The notes beneath the pieces were generated by a model. It was not told the origin of the DNA. It worked only from the letters and a program-made list of their open reading frames with translations, and did not search any database. Of a stretch of 64,000 nucleotides of DNA, positions 51,554 to 63,088 are shown piece by piece. The position numbers were made by a program, and so were the translations under genes. Source of the stretch: a bacterium (GTDB lineage Bacteria; Oederibacteriota; JAJYGY01; DAIDJD01); assembly GCA_035485275.1 (NCBI GenBank), contig DATHOE010000037.1:8701-72700 (forward strand). The letters run 5' to 3'. Numbering within the stretch: position 1 is the first letter of the stretch; each line of letters begins with the position of its first letter.

Positions 51554-52138
51554 CTATTTCACCAGCATCAGTTTGGAGATGTTGAAGTCGTAGTCCGTGT
51601 CCGTGATCGTGGTTCCGAAGACCAGCTTGTCCACGTCCTTGAAGTCCGCGGGGACGGATTTGCCCCAGTCGGAGGGCTGGTCGAAATGGGTCAGGGGGAT
51701 GGTCACCAGGGTCCAGTCCTTGGGGGCCGTGAAGTAGGCCTGATGAAAGCAGAAATCCTTGACCGCAAGGCGGCAGATCTGGACGCGGTAGTGCCCCCCG
51801 TCGCCTTTGGCGTAGAAGCGCAGGGCCCTGTAGGGGCGGAAATCGGGCTGGGACATGTGCAGGGACATGCAGGCCCAGGGCCAGGGGGCCACGCCTTTGC
51901 CCAGGTGGCCGTGGATGCGGGCGCTGCCTTTGGGGTGGGTGAAAGGCTGGGGGGCCAGGGTGGTCCCCAGCTGGGCGGAGTCGCAGCCGGACCACCAGCT
52001 CTGGCCGTTGCTTGCAGCGGGGCCGCTGAAATCGTCCAGGAGGAGATCGCCGCCCGCAGGGGCGGCCGCGTCCGCGCGCGCGATGGTGGGGTGCAGCAAA
52101 AGCGTTCCGGCCAGAAAGATAGCCCCTAAAAACTTCAT
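51554..52138 (-). CDS. Secreted hypothetical protein, possible carbohydrate-binding-module fold
   Basis: Signal peptide. Beta-rich and aromatic-rich. Adjacent to the GH42 gene. Confidence 0.45.
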   Translation of the reverse strand: MKFLGAIFLAGTLLLHPTIARADAAAPAGGDLLLDDFSGPAASNGQSWWSGCDSAQLGTTLAPQPFTHPKGSARIHGHLGKGVAPWPWACMSLHMSQPDFRPYRALRFYAKGDGGHYRVQICRLAVKDFCFHQAYFTAPKDWTLVTIPLTHFDQPSDWGKSVPADFKDVDKLVFGTTITDTDYDFNISKLMLVK

Positions 52139-52191
52139 GTCGCCTCCGTAATGGGTTGAAGCAACATGCTTACAGGGCCCGGCGCGCAGGG

Positions 52192-54171
52192 CTAATCGGT
52201 TTCCGCCTTTTTGACCTCAATTACAGCTACATCCCAGGCTTTCAAGGACAGGCTTCCGCGGCAGGCCCTGTCCTTGAGGACTTCCCTCCCGGCGGGCGCC
52301 TTCACTTGCCGGGTTTTCGAAGAATGGTTGAGCACGAAGAGCAGTTCCGAGCCGTCCGTAGAAGTGCGGGAGGCGAATTCAATGTCCTTTGGCCCGGTGA
52401 AGCGCTGTTTCAGGCCCGCCAGCTTGAACATCCGAGCCATGACCTTGTCCGTCAACGCCGGGTCAAAGCAGCCCGCCAGGTAGGCGACCCGGCCCTTGCC
52501 CGCCTTGCGCAGCGTGACCGCTGGACGGCCCTGGAGCCAGCCATTGCCGCTTCCAAAGGACGCCAGCACACGCACGTCCGGGCTTTCCAGGCGCAGTCGC
52601 TCCCCCCAAAGCGTGGCCGTTCCCTTGAGGGCCGGCGCCTCTGCTCCCCTGACCTGCACCTTGCCGGTGAGCACCAAGGCCTCCTCGGCCACCAGGCCGG
52701 CCAGCGCCGCCAGGGGGCCGGGCGGCAGCGATGGATAGAGGCGGTTTAGGGGATCTTTGCAGCCGCTGCGCTGGGTGAGCACCAGAAGGCCCCCCGCGTG
52801 GACAAAGTCGCGTAAGCGTCCCGCCATGGCGTCATCCAGCAGCCACAGTGCGGGGGCGGCCACCAATTTGTAGCCCTCAATGCTTTCGTGGGCGTTGATG
52901 ACGTCCACGCCCAGGTGGCGTCCGAAAAACGGCTTATGCAGCGCCTGGACCACGCTTTGATAGTCGTAGTCCTGGTGGTGGCGCTGGAAGTCGATGGCCC
53001 ATTGGGATTCGTATGAAAAAAGGATGGCTGCCTCGGACCTGCAGCTGGTGCCACGCAGGAGCGGGGCCGCTCGGCTGAATTCGGCGCCCAAGGCCTTGAT
53101 TTCAGGGAAACAGGGCCTGGGTTCCCCGTCCTGGCCGATCACGCTGCCGTGCAGTTGTTCCTGGCCGCCCAGTGCGTTGCGCCATTGCCAATACAGCACG
53201 GCGTCCGCCCCGTGGGCCACGAACTGCCAATTGCGCAGGCGCAGGCGGCCGGGCTCCAGAAGGGTGTTTTTTGAGGCCCAGTTCACGCCTGATGGCTGGG
53301 TTTCCATCATCCAAAAATTCTTCCGCTTCCATCCCCGTTCAAAGTCGCCCATGAAGGCCTCGTTGGCCGGGTCGGGCTGGTCCGTGGGCCAGTAGCGGTC
53401 ATTGGAAAGGAAGTCCAGGTCCGCTCCGATGGCGTAATAGTCGAGTTCCTTGAACAGCCCCATGCAGTTGGTCGTGATCCACTGGCCCTCGGAATGGGCC
53501 CGGATGGCCCGGGACTGGATCAGGAGATAGTCAACGTAGCTGGACGTGCAGAAGCGCTTCCACTCCAGGCGCAGACCAGGGTTGTCCCGGACGTCCGGCA
53601 AAGGGATCTGGGTCCAGTCGGAATAGGTCTGGCTCCAATAGGCAGTGGTCCAGTCCGCGTTGAGCCGGTCCAGGGTCCGGTACTTGTCCTGGAGCCAGGA
53701 GTGGAAGGCCGCCCGGGTCTCCGGGTCAAAGGACGCACGGTTGATCTCGTTGTCGAGCTGCCAGCCGATCACCGAGGGATTCTTGCCGTAGCGTTCCGCC
53801 ATTTTTCCGGCGATGCGGGCGCAATAGTCCCTGTAGACCCGGCTGTTGGGGTTGAAATGGCAACGGGAGCCGTGGCGCAGGGCCCGGCCGTTCTCCTCAA
53901 GGGCCAGCACTTCGGGATGGGCCTGGGTCAGCCAGGCCGGAGGCGCGGCCGTGGGGGTGCCCAGGACCGTTTCCATGCCGGCCTCTCCGAGAAGCCGGAT
54001 GGCGTCGTCCAGCCAGGCGAATTCGTAGCTCCCTTCCGCGGGTTCCAGGCTGGACCAGGCGAATTCCGCGACGCGAGCCACGTTCATATGGGCTTTGCGC
54101 ATCAGCGCGATGTCGACAGGCCAGCGTTCCTTGGGCCAGTGTTCCGGATACCAGGCGCATCCGAACTTCAT
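52192..54171 (-). CDS. Beta-galactosidase, glycoside hydrolase family 42
   Basis: MKFGCAWYPEHWP...GWQLDNE (catalytic acid/base region) ...WMMETQPS (nucleophile region) is the GH42 architecture. ~660 aa. Confidence 0.85.
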   Translation of the reverse strand: MKFGCAWYPEHWPKERWPVDIALMRKAHMNVARVAEFAWSSLEPAEGSYEFAWLDDAIRLLGEAGMETVLGTPTAAPPAWLTQAHPEVLALEENGRALRHGSRCHFNPNSRVYRDYCARIAGKMAERYGKNPSVIGWQLDNEINRASFDPETRAAFHSWLQDKYRTLDRLNADWTTAYWSQTYSDWTQIPLPDVRDNPGLRLEWKRFCTSSYVDYLLIQSRAIRAHSEGQWITTNCMGLFKELDYYAIGADLDFLSNDRYWPTDQPDPANEAFMGDFERGWKRKNFWMMETQPSGVNWASKNTLLEPGRLRLRNWQFVAHGADAVLYWQWRNALGGQEQLHGSVIGQDGEPRPCFPEIKALGAEFSRAAPLLRGTSCRSEAAILFSYESQWAIDFQRHHQDYDYQSVVQALHKPFFGRHLGVDVINAHESIEGYKLVAAPALWLLDDAMAGRLRDFVHAGGLLVLTQRSGCKDPLNRLYPSLPPGPLAALAGLVAEEALVLTGKVQVRGAEAPALKGTATLWGERLRLESPDVRVLASFGSGNGWLQGRPAVTLRKAGKGRVAYLAGCFDPALTDKVMARMFKLAGLKQRFTGPKDIEFASRTSTDGSELLFVLNHSSKTRQVKAPAGREVLKDRACRGSLSLKAWDVAVIEVKKAETD

Positions 54172-54866
54172 GCGATGTCGAAGAGCAGGAACTCGGACCG
54201 GAAGTCCGCGGTGATGGACAGGGTCTTTTCGCCGTCCACAGCCAGGCCGTCACCGGATTTCATGGGGCTTCCGTTGAGCTTCAGGGCGCCATAGATCAAC
54301 TGCAGCCAGGCCCCCCGCCCCTGGCGAAGCGGCAGTTCCAGTGATTTCCCGGGCTCCAGGATGGACGCGTAAAGGTCGATGTCCTGGTGGATTTTCACGG
54401 AGCCCTCGCGCCCGGACTTCGAACCTATGAGTTTGAGGGTGTTGGTCTTGGCCTCGTCGGAAAAATGCTTTTCGGCGTAGCCCGGTTTGAGCCCGTTCTC
54501 CCCGGGGACCATCCAAATCTGCAGGAAATGCACCGCTTCGGACTTCGAGGCGTTGAATTCGCTGTGGGCGATCCCCGTTCCGGCGCTGATGATCTGCACG
54601 TCGCCGGGCTTGAGGATGGAGCCCGACCCGGTGCTGTCCTTGTGCTCGAGCGCCCCCTCGATCACGTAGGACAGGATCTCCATGTCCGCGTGGCTGTGCC
54701 GCCCGAAGCCGTGGCCGGGATCGACCCGGTCCTCGTTGATTACGATCAGGGAACGGAAGCCGGTGAAGCGGGGGTCGTAGTAGTTGGCGAATGAAAAGGT
54801 GTGGCGGCTTTCCAGCCAGCCGTGTTGGGCGAGTTCCCGGTCTTCCGAAAGCCGGATCTTCATCAT
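54168..54866 (-). CDS. Pirin family protein (quercetin 2,3-dioxygenase-like bicupin)
   Basis: HGFGRHSHADMEILSYVIEG matches the pirin N-terminal cupin motif (H.H...E). ATGA overlap with GH42. Confidence 0.85.
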   Translation of the reverse strand: MMKIRLSEDRELAQHGWLESRHTFSFANYYDPRFTGFRSLIVINEDRVDPGHGFGRHSHADMEILSYVIEGALEHKDSTGSGSILKPGDVQIISAGTGIAHSEFNASKSEAVHFLQIWMVPGENGLKPGYAEKHFSDEAKTNTLKLIGSKSGREGSVKIHQDIDLYASILEPGKSLELPLRQGRGAWLQLIYGALKLNGSPMKSGDGLAVDGEKTLSITADFRSEFLLFDIA

Positions 54867-54916
54867 GGTTCGACCCCCATGGGGATTGGATGGACCGCCT
54901 GGGATTTGGAGAGGAA

Positions 54917-55531
54917 TCAGTCCAGGCCGAAAGAAGCCAGCGCGCGCCGGGTCGTGCCCTCATCCTTGTGAAGGATGCCCCTGATCCCAAGGGCGGCGGC
55001 GCTCTTGATGAACAAGGCCGTGTTTTCGACGTAAAGGACCCGGGACGGGGCAGTCTGGACCAGGTCCAGGGCCAGGCGGTAGATGTCCGGATCCGGTTTG
55101 CGCAGGTGGACGAAGCTGGAGCTGACAAAGCAGTCCGCCAGGCGGTCGAGGCCCGCCAGCCTGACGCGGTGGGCGTTCAGCTCGCGGCCCTCGTTGCTGA
55201 CCACGGCGACCTTCAGGCGATGGCGGGCCTTGAGGCGCGCGACCAGGGACAGCATGGAGGGATAGCAGGCGGACTGGGCGTGCATGAAGCGCGTGAAGGT
55301 TTCGCGGGAAAAGGGCCGTTTTTTATGGAACACCACCTGGTCCAGGTAGTCGTCGAGGCTTAGCTTGCCTTCCTCATAGGCCCCAGACACCAGGTGGTTG
55401 CGGTCCTCGAGCTCGCCCAGGTCCAGTTTGAAGGCGACGGCCGCCCGTCCCCGGGCGGCGCGGTCCCATCCGTTGCTCATCAGCACCCCGCCGATGTCCA
55501 GGAAGAGGCACTGGATCCTTGGGCCTTTCAT
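54917..55531 (-). CDS. HAD-superfamily hydrolase
   Basis: The motif I DxG in LFLDIGGVLMS is DIG, aspartate followed by glycine. Confidence 0.7.
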   Translation of the reverse strand: MKGPRIQCLFLDIGGVLMSNGWDRAARGRAAVAFKLDLGELEDRNHLVSGAYEEGKLSLDDYLDQVVFHKKRPFSRETFTRFMHAQSACYPSMLSLVARLKARHRLKVAVVSNEGRELNAHRVRLAGLDRLADCFVSSSFVHLRKPDPDIYRLALDLVQTAPSRVLYVENTALFIKSAAALGIRGILHKDEGTTRRALASFGLD

Positions 55532-56649
55532 GATGCCTTGGAACGCTGGGCCACAGCCGCCAGCAGCTTCTCGAAGGGTTGGTTGAATTTTTCGACGCCT
55601 TCGTCCTCGAGCTGCTGGGTGACCTTATCCAAATCGATGCCCAGCGCGGGCAGATTTTTCACGAGGTTTTTGGCCTCATCCAAGCCCGCTTCCAGGCGCG
55701 CCTGGGGCTGTCCGTGTTCGCGGTAGGCGTTGATGGTCTCCAGGGGCGCGGTGTCCACGGTCTCCTTCCCGATCAAGGCCTCCACGTACTTCACGGGGCT
55801 GTCGGCCGGATTTTTGGTGCTCGTGCTGGCCCATAGGAGGCGCTGGACCCGGGCTCCCTGGTTGGACAGCTTCCGGAAGCGCTCGGTGGCGAAGAGTTCC
55901 TTGTAGATCTGGTAGGCCAGCTTCGCGCTGGCGATGGCGGTCCGGCCCTGGGCCTCCTTGGCCAGGCCGGCCTCCTTGGGCCCGCGGGCGGCGGCCTTTT
56001 CGAGCAGGGGGTCGACCAGGGTGTCGATGCGGCTGACGAAGAAGCTGGCCACGGACGCCACGCCCTTCAGGGGGCGGCCTTTGGCGGCCAGGTCTTCGAG
56101 CCCGCCGATGTAGGCCTCGGCCACCTCGCGGTAGCGCGGCAGTCCGAAGAGCAGGGTCACGTTGACGTTGACGCCCTCCCCGATGAGCTGGCGGATCACC
56201 GGCAGGCCTTCGCGGGTGGCGGGGACCTTGATGAAGACGTTGGGCCGTTTCAGGTCCGCCCAGAGGCGCCGCGCCTCGTTCAGGCTTCCCTGCGTGTCGC
56301 GGGCCAGGTGGGGGTTGACCTCCAGGCTGACGTAGCCGTCCGCCCCGTCGGTGCGGCGGTAGACCGGCTCGAATTCGTCGGCCGCGCTTTGCACGTCTTT
56401 TTGGCTGAGGGCGTCGTAAATCGCGAAGGGGGCCTTCCCTTGCCCGGCCAGGGACTTGATCTCCGCGTCGTAGTCGTGGCTTTCGACGATGGCCTTCTCG
56501 AAGATCGCAGGATTCGAGGTCATGCCGCGGAGGCCGTCATCCTCGATCAGGCGCTTGAGGGCCCCGCCGGTGATGAGGTCGCGGCGGATATAGTCCAGCC
56601 AGAGGGACTGTCCGAGCGTTTCCAGCTGCTTTAGGGGGTTGTTCGCCAT
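55528..56649 (-). CDS. tal: Transaldolase (long, ~370-aa type)
   Basis: ..[23 protein letters not shown].. and ..[11 protein letters not shown].. (Schiff-base Lys region). Start at MANNPLKQ. Confidence 0.85.
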   Translation of the reverse strand: MANNPLKQLETLGQSLWLDYIRRDLITGGALKRLIEDDGLRGMTSNPAIFEKAIVESHDYDAEIKSLAGQGKAPFAIYDALSQKDVQSAADEFEPVYRRTDGADGYVSLEVNPHLARDTQGSLNEARRLWADLKRPNVFIKVPATREGLPVIRQLIGEGVNVNVTLLFGLPRYREVAEAYIGGLEDLAAKGRPLKGVASVASFFVSRIDTLVDPLLEKAAARGPKEAGLAKEAQGRTAIASAKLAYQIYKELFATERFRKLSNQGARVQRLLWASTSTKNPADSPVKYVEALIGKETVDTAPLETINAYREHGQPQARLEAGLDEAKNLVKNLPALGIDLDKVTQQLEDEGVEKFNQPFEKLLAAVAQRSKAS

Positions 56650-56862
56650 GGCGGTTCCGAAGTGAAGGGGGTATGTCAGCGCCGAAGTCCCGACAGATTC
56701 CTTAGGAGGATTTTGACCCAAGGGCCGCGGCTTCTCAAGGCCGCGCATTGTTATGGAAAGGCTAAATCGGGGGAGGCCGCGGCCTTGGGGGCTGTTCACC
56801 CCGAAAGGGCTTTGGTATCCTTTAGACCCTCATGGACAACCCGACTACGGAGCAGGACCCCC

Positions 56863-58494
<1,632 letters not shown>

Positions 58495-58504
58495 GGCCGC
58501 GGCG

Positions 58505-59944
58505 GTGAAAGCCGGCCCAACGCACAGGATCTCGGAGCGCCTGCAGGCGCTTCTGCCCTGGCTGGTTGCGGTGGCCTTCTTCATGGAGGCCCTGGACACC
58601 ACGGTCCTGAACACGGCCATGCCCACCATGGCCCAGGTGCTGGGCGTGGCCCCCCTGAGCATGAAGTCGGTGCTCAGCAGCTATACCCTGGCGGTGGCCG
58701 TGTTCATACCGCTGAGCAGCTGGATGGCGGACCGCTTCGGCACGCGGCGCGTGTTTTTCTCCGCCATCGCGGTGTTCACCCTGGGTTCGGTCCTGTGCGG
58801 GCTCAGCAGCGAGATCCACACGCTGGTGTTTTTCCGGATCCTGCAGGGTTGCGGCGGGGCGATGATGGTGCCGGTGGGAAGGCTGACGCTGGTGCGGGCC
58901 GTGGACCGCGCCCGCCTGGTGAATGCCATGAGCCTGGTCGCCATCCCGACCCTGATCGGGCCCATGCTGGGGCCCGTGATCGGCGGCTTCTTCGTCACCT
59001 ACCTGTCGTGGCGGGCGATTTTTTTCGTCAATCTCCCCATCGGCCTGATTGGGATCTATTGCGTCCACCGCTGGTTGCCGGACTTCCGTTCCGCCAAGGT
59101 GGCTCCCTTGGACAAGGTCGGGCTCATTTTGTTCGGCTCGGGCATCGCGCTGTTTTCCTACGTCATCGAAGTTTTCGGCGAGACCGGCCTGTCCCTCCGC
59201 GAGGTCGGGGGCCTGACCGGCCTTTCCCTGCTGCTCCTGGCCGGCTACGGGCTCCACGCCCGCACCCTGGCCAAGCCGCTGCTGGACCTGGGCCTGTTCC
59301 GCGTCCGGACCTTCAGGGCCTCGACCGCCGGCAACCTGGTGACCCGCCTGGGGGCCGGCGGCCTGCCCTTCCTGCTGCCGCTCATGTACCAGGTGGGGCT
59401 CGGCTTCTCGCCGGTGAAGGCCGGCCTGCTGATGGTCCCCCAGTCCCTGGCCGCCTTCGCGTTCAAGATGACCATGCCCCCCATTTTGAGGCGCTTCGGA
59501 TACCGGCGGGTCCTGCTCTTCAACACCGCCGCCATCGGCGGCTCCATCGTCCTGTTCGGGCTGGTCGGACCCGGAACCGGGATCCTGACCCTGGTGCTGC
59601 TTTCCTCCTTTTTCGGGTACTGCTCTTCCCTGCAGTTCACGAGCATGAACACGCTGGTGTACGCGGACGTCAGCGCCCCCCGGGTCGGGATGGCCAGCAC
59701 CATCCTGAGCTCGGTGCAGCAGCTCTCGATCAGCTTCGGCGTGGCCGGGGCCTCGCTGCTGGCCGCGGTCTTCATCCCGGACCGCTTCCACTCCAGCGTG
59801 CCCGAGCTCATGCGCGGCCTGCACTGGGCCTTCTTTTTGTTGGGCGGATTGACCCTTTTGTCGGGCCTGATCTTTTGGGAACTGAAGGCCGAGGACGGAG
59901 ACGCCATAAGCCGCCACACCCCGGAACTGGCCATGGGGCACTAA
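58505..59944 (+). CDS. MFS transporter, DHA2 (14-TM, EmrB/QacA-like) family
   Basis: ..ALDTTVLNTAMP.., ..MADRFGTRRVFF.. and 14 predicted TM helices. Confidence 0.8.
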   Translation: MKAGPTHRISERLQALLPWLVAVAFFMEALDTTVLNTAMPTMAQVLGVAPLSMKSVLSSYTLAVAVFIPLSSWMADRFGTRRVFFSAIAVFTLGSVLCGLSSEIHTLVFFRILQGCGGAMMVPVGRLTLVRAVDRARLVNAMSLVAIPTLIGPMLGPVIGGFFVTYLSWRAIFFVNLPIGLIGIYCVHRWLPDFRSAKVAPLDKVGLILFGSGIALFSYVIEVFGETGLSLREVGGLTGLSLLLLAGYGLHARTLAKPLLDLGLFRVRTFRASTAGNLVTRLGAGGLPFLLPLMYQVGLGFSPVKAGLLMVPQSLAAFAFKMTMPPILRRFGYRRVLLFNTAAIGGSIVLFGLVGPGTGILTLVLLSSFFGYCSSLQFTSMNTLVYADVSAPRVGMASTILSSVQQLSISFGVAGASLLAAVFIPDRFHSSVPELMRGLHWAFFLLGGLTLLSGLIFWELKAEDGDAISRHTPELAMGH

Positions 59945-62160
59945 TACTCCGCTTCCACCCCGATGTTCGGGAAGCGCGGCAGGTCCGGGACGGTGCCGGT
60001 CTGCCCTGAATTGTTGACGAACTCCATCGCTATGTTCTTCCGGTCCAGGATGTTGATGATCTCGAAATACGCGGTGAGGGTCCACACATCGAAGCGCCAC
60101 TTGCGCTCCGTCCGCAGGTCCAAGCGCAGGTAATAAGGCAGGCGGTCGGATCCATCGTAGGTGTCGTCGCCCTGGGGCAGGACCAGGTTGCCCGAGTTAT
60201 AGCGCAGCTTGCATCCGAAGGTCCAGCGCGGGCTGGTGCTGTAGCTGGCGACCGCGTTCAGGATGTTCGGCTGGTCATACTGGTACAGGCCCCAGGCTTG
60301 GGCCGGCAGGTCCAGGCGGCTGGAATCGGACAGCGAATAGGACAGCGTCCCGAAAAAATGATCCCCCAGGTTCTCGGTGAGGTAAAGGTCCAGGCCTTTG
60401 ACGTCGCCGACGCCCTTGTTGTCGTAGAGGCACGGATTGGACGGGTCGGACACCACCAGGTCCGACAGCGCCTTGTAGTAGACGTCCACTTTCCCGGTCA
60501 AGTTCGGGTTGAAATCATGGTCGTAACTGAGGGTCGTGTGCTCGGCGGATTCCGGCTCCAGCCCCGGATTGCCGTACTGGGGGTTCACCTGGAGCGCCGA
60601 GGGGGCCTGATCGTACAGGCCCCAGGTGGCGCACAGCTTTTCGCCCCGCCTGGGTTTGAATTCGAGGCTCAGGCGCGGGCCGAGCTCCCCGTCGGCCACC
60701 AGGCTGTCGCTGTCGTAGTGCGCTCCCACGGTCAGCGCCCATGATTCGTCCCATTGGGCGCGGTCCTGGACGTAGGCGTAGCTGTTCAGTCCGTGGGAGA
60801 GCACGGTGGACTCAACCTCCGGCAGGGACGTCAGGTCGCTGAAGCTTATGTTGGCCGTGGAGGTCACCCGCGGCAGCGAGCCGTAGAAGGTGTATTGGGT
60901 CGATTCAATGTCCGCGCCCGCGGCCACCTCATGCTTGGCGCCCAGCAGGGTGCCGGCGGCCCAGAGGGTTTCTTCCTTCAGCCCATAGGTGCTTTGGTAG
61001 CTGTCGTCGGCCAGCGTGGAGACCTGCAAAATGGTGTCGCTGTGGCAGGCGTAGGGCGTGAGCGTGGACACGAAACCGGGCAGGGCCGTGTTGATCCAGC
61101 TCAGGCCGCCGCTCCCGAAGCCCTCGTCATATTGGATGGATCCGCTGAAATCGCCGCCGCCGCTGATCACGTCGTTGAATGCGTCGTTGGAGCCCAGCAT
61201 CAGCGCGTGGAAGCGGTTGTTGGGATCCAGGCTGAAATCCAGCGCCCCCTGGGAGTCCCAATAGGCCGGTAGATGGGGGTATCCGGCGAGATTGCCCACC
61301 AGGTCGAAGTAGGACCGCCGGCCGGTGAGGGTGAAGGTGGCGTTTCCGAGGCCCAGCGGACCGGACAGGGCCGCGGAGGCCTGGAGGATGCCCAGGTCGG
61401 CGTCCGCGTGCAGGCGGTCCCGGGAGGGCGCCTGGGTTTGGGCATTCACCACGCCCGCCAGGGCGCCTCCCCAACGGGCGGAATAACCGGCCTCAAAAAG
61501 GTCGACCGATTTCAGCAGGTCGGGGCTCACCGTGGATGCCAGGCCGCCGAAATGGTAGGGGATGGGCCAGGGGATGGAGTCGATCAGGTAGAGGTTGTCC
61601 TCGGGACCGCCTCCCTGGACCAGCAATTGCCCCGACAGGTCGCTGGCGAGGCCGACGCCCGGCAGGATGGCCAGGGCCCGCAGGGCGTCCCCGAAGGTTC
61701 CGGGAATCTCCTTGATCTGGGCCCGGGTGACGGAAGCCTGGATGGCCTGGGGGCGCTGGACGTGGCCCAAAACATCCACCTCCGCCTCCTGGAATCCGGT
61801 CGGGACCAGGCCCGGGTTCAGGGTATCCGCGGCTCCGGCTTTCAGGCGCACGGTTTTTGTCAGGGGGGCGTATCCGTCCGCTTGGACGGAAAAGGTCCAC
61901 AGCCCGGCTGGGCCGGAGGCGCTGAAGCGCCCGCGCCGGTCCGCTGTCAGGACCAGGGGCGGCGCCTGGAACCTTAAGGTCGCGTAGGGGATGGGGTCGG
62001 GGGAGCCCTGGGCGTGCACCTGGCCCCGCAGCGTGGCCCAGGCCCCGGAGGAGGGCGCCGGCTTGTCAGCCAGGCAGGGGCTCCCAAGGGCCAGGCAGGC
62101 CAGGGCCAAAAGAAGCGCCGGGGCGCTTCCCATGGGGCGTTCCCGTCCGGATCGTGCCAA
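59941..62160 (-). CDS. TonB-dependent receptor-like outer-membrane protein with N-terminal carboxypeptidase-regulatory-like domain
   Basis: Signal peptide. N-terminal ..LRGQV...YATLRF.. Ig-like domain. Plug region (..IKEIPGTFGDALRALAILPGV..). Large beta-barrel. Confidence 0.7.
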   Translation of the reverse strand: MARSGRERPMGSAPALLLALACLALGSPCLADKPAPSSGAWATLRGQVHAQGSPDPIPYATLRFQAPPLVLTADRRGRFSASGPAGLWTFSVQADGYAPLTKTVRLKAGAADTLNPGLVPTGFQEAEVDVLGHVQRPQAIQASVTRAQIKEIPGTFGDALRALAILPGVGLASDLSGQLLVQGGGPEDNLYLIDSIPWPIPYHFGGLASTVSPDLLKSVDLFEAGYSARWGGALAGVVNAQTQAPSRDRLHADADLGILQASAALSGPLGLGNATFTLTGRRSYFDLVGNLAGYPHLPAYWDSQGALDFSLDPNNRFHALMLGSNDAFNDVISGGGDFSGSIQYDEGFGSGGLSWINTALPGFVSTLTPYACHSDTILQVSTLADDSYQSTYGLKEETLWAAGTLLGAKHEVAAGADIESTQYTFYGSLPRVTSTANISFSDLTSLPEVESTVLSHGLNSYAYVQDRAQWDESWALTVGAHYDSDSLVADGELGPRLSLEFKPRRGEKLCATWGLYDQAPSALQVNPQYGNPGLEPESAEHTTLSYDHDFNPNLTGKVDVYYKALSDLVVSDPSNPCLYDNKGVGDVKGLDLYLTENLGDHFFGTLSYSLSDSSRLDLPAQAWGLYQYDQPNILNAVASYSTSPRWTFGCKLRYNSGNLVLPQGDDTYDGSDRLPYYLRLDLRTERKWRFDVWTLTAYFEIINILDRKNIAMEFVNNSGQTGTVPDLPRFPNIGVEAEY

Positions 62161-62168
62161 GGGTTTCG

Positions 62169-62609
62169 TCAGGAGGGCGGCGATCCCAAACCATAGGTGA
62201 AGACCAAGGTGGCCCCCAAGTGGGCCGTGAGCACCAAAGAGACCAGGCCCAGGGCCCAGGCGGCCAAAATCCAGCCGCGGACGCGGTCCCGCGTGAGGAT
62301 CTGCGCCGCCGCCACGGCGGTGAATATCCAGGCCGTGATATAGGCGTGCTGTTTGTGGTCGGCCATGACCTCCCAGGCCGCGGGGACGTGGGGGGCGTAG
62401 CGTTCAGCCAGCAGGCCGAGCCCCAGGACCAGCCAAAGGAACAGCGTCCCGGCGATCAGCGTCCAGGGCGCGGCGGGCTTGAACCAGGCCGGCGAGCGCG
62501 GATGCAGGGACGCCACGCCGATCCACCAGCCCAGCGCCAGGAGGGCGATGGGAAAGTGGACCAGCATGGGGTGCCATAGGTAGACGGGAACGTCGAAACC
62601 GCTTCCCAT
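62169..62609 (-). CDS. DUF2231-family membrane protein
   Basis: HPMLVHFPIALL at the start and 4 TM helices. Confidence 0.55.
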   Translation of the reverse strand: MGSGFDVPVYLWHPMLVHFPIALLALGWWIGVASLHPRSPAWFKPAAPWTLIAGTLFLWLVLGLGLLAERYAPHVPAAWEVMADHKQHAYITAWIFTAVAAAQILTRDRVRGWILAAWALGLVSLVLTAHLGATLVFTYGLGSPPS

Positions 62610-62615
62610 CGTGGT

Positions 62616-63017
62616 CTATTGTTTTTCGGCGTCGTCGATGCGCAGGCAATGGGTGCCCGCGCGGTCCTGCATCACGCCCGTGATCTTGACCCGCTGCCCG
62701 CCCATGTCGCGGACCCGGTCATAGAACTTCATTTTTCCCTTGGATTCGTTGGCGGTCAAAAAATAGGCCTTCCCGTCGTCGGTCAGGAGCCCGACCGGGG
62801 ACCCGTTGTTCAGGCACATCACCGCGCAGTCGCGGTGCTTCGCGCCATGGGCTCCCTCGTTCATGAAGCAGTCCATGTCCAGGACCTCGCCGACCAGGGT
62901 GACGGTCTTGGCGGGGGCGCCTTTCATGTCCATCGCGCCCATGTCGTCGGCATGGACCAGGCCCGCGCCGGCAAGGCACAGCGCGGTCAGACCCGCGAGC
63001 AGAATGCGTTTGTTCAT
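62616..63017 (-). CDS. Hypothetical secreted protein
   Basis: Signal peptide MNKRILLAGLTALCLAGAGLVHA. 133 aa. Confidence 0.45.
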   Translation of the reverse strand: MNKRILLAGLTALCLAGAGLVHADDMGAMDMKGAPAKTVTLVGEVLDMDCFMNEGAHGAKHRDCAVMCLNNGSPVGLLTDDGKAYFLTANESKGKMKFYDRVRDMGGQRVKITGVMQDRAGTHCLRIDDAEKQ

Positions 63018-63088
63018 GGGAACTCCGTGAAAAAGGGGGATCCTGGCAGAGGCCTATATTATACGTTTGAATCGGCCGTTCGGTTTTT

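Noticed and set aside
63018-63088. Possible terminator or regulatory hairpin downstream of pilT
   Set aside because: Only a weak CGGCCG-centred stem without a U-run on the relevant strand, so not convincing.
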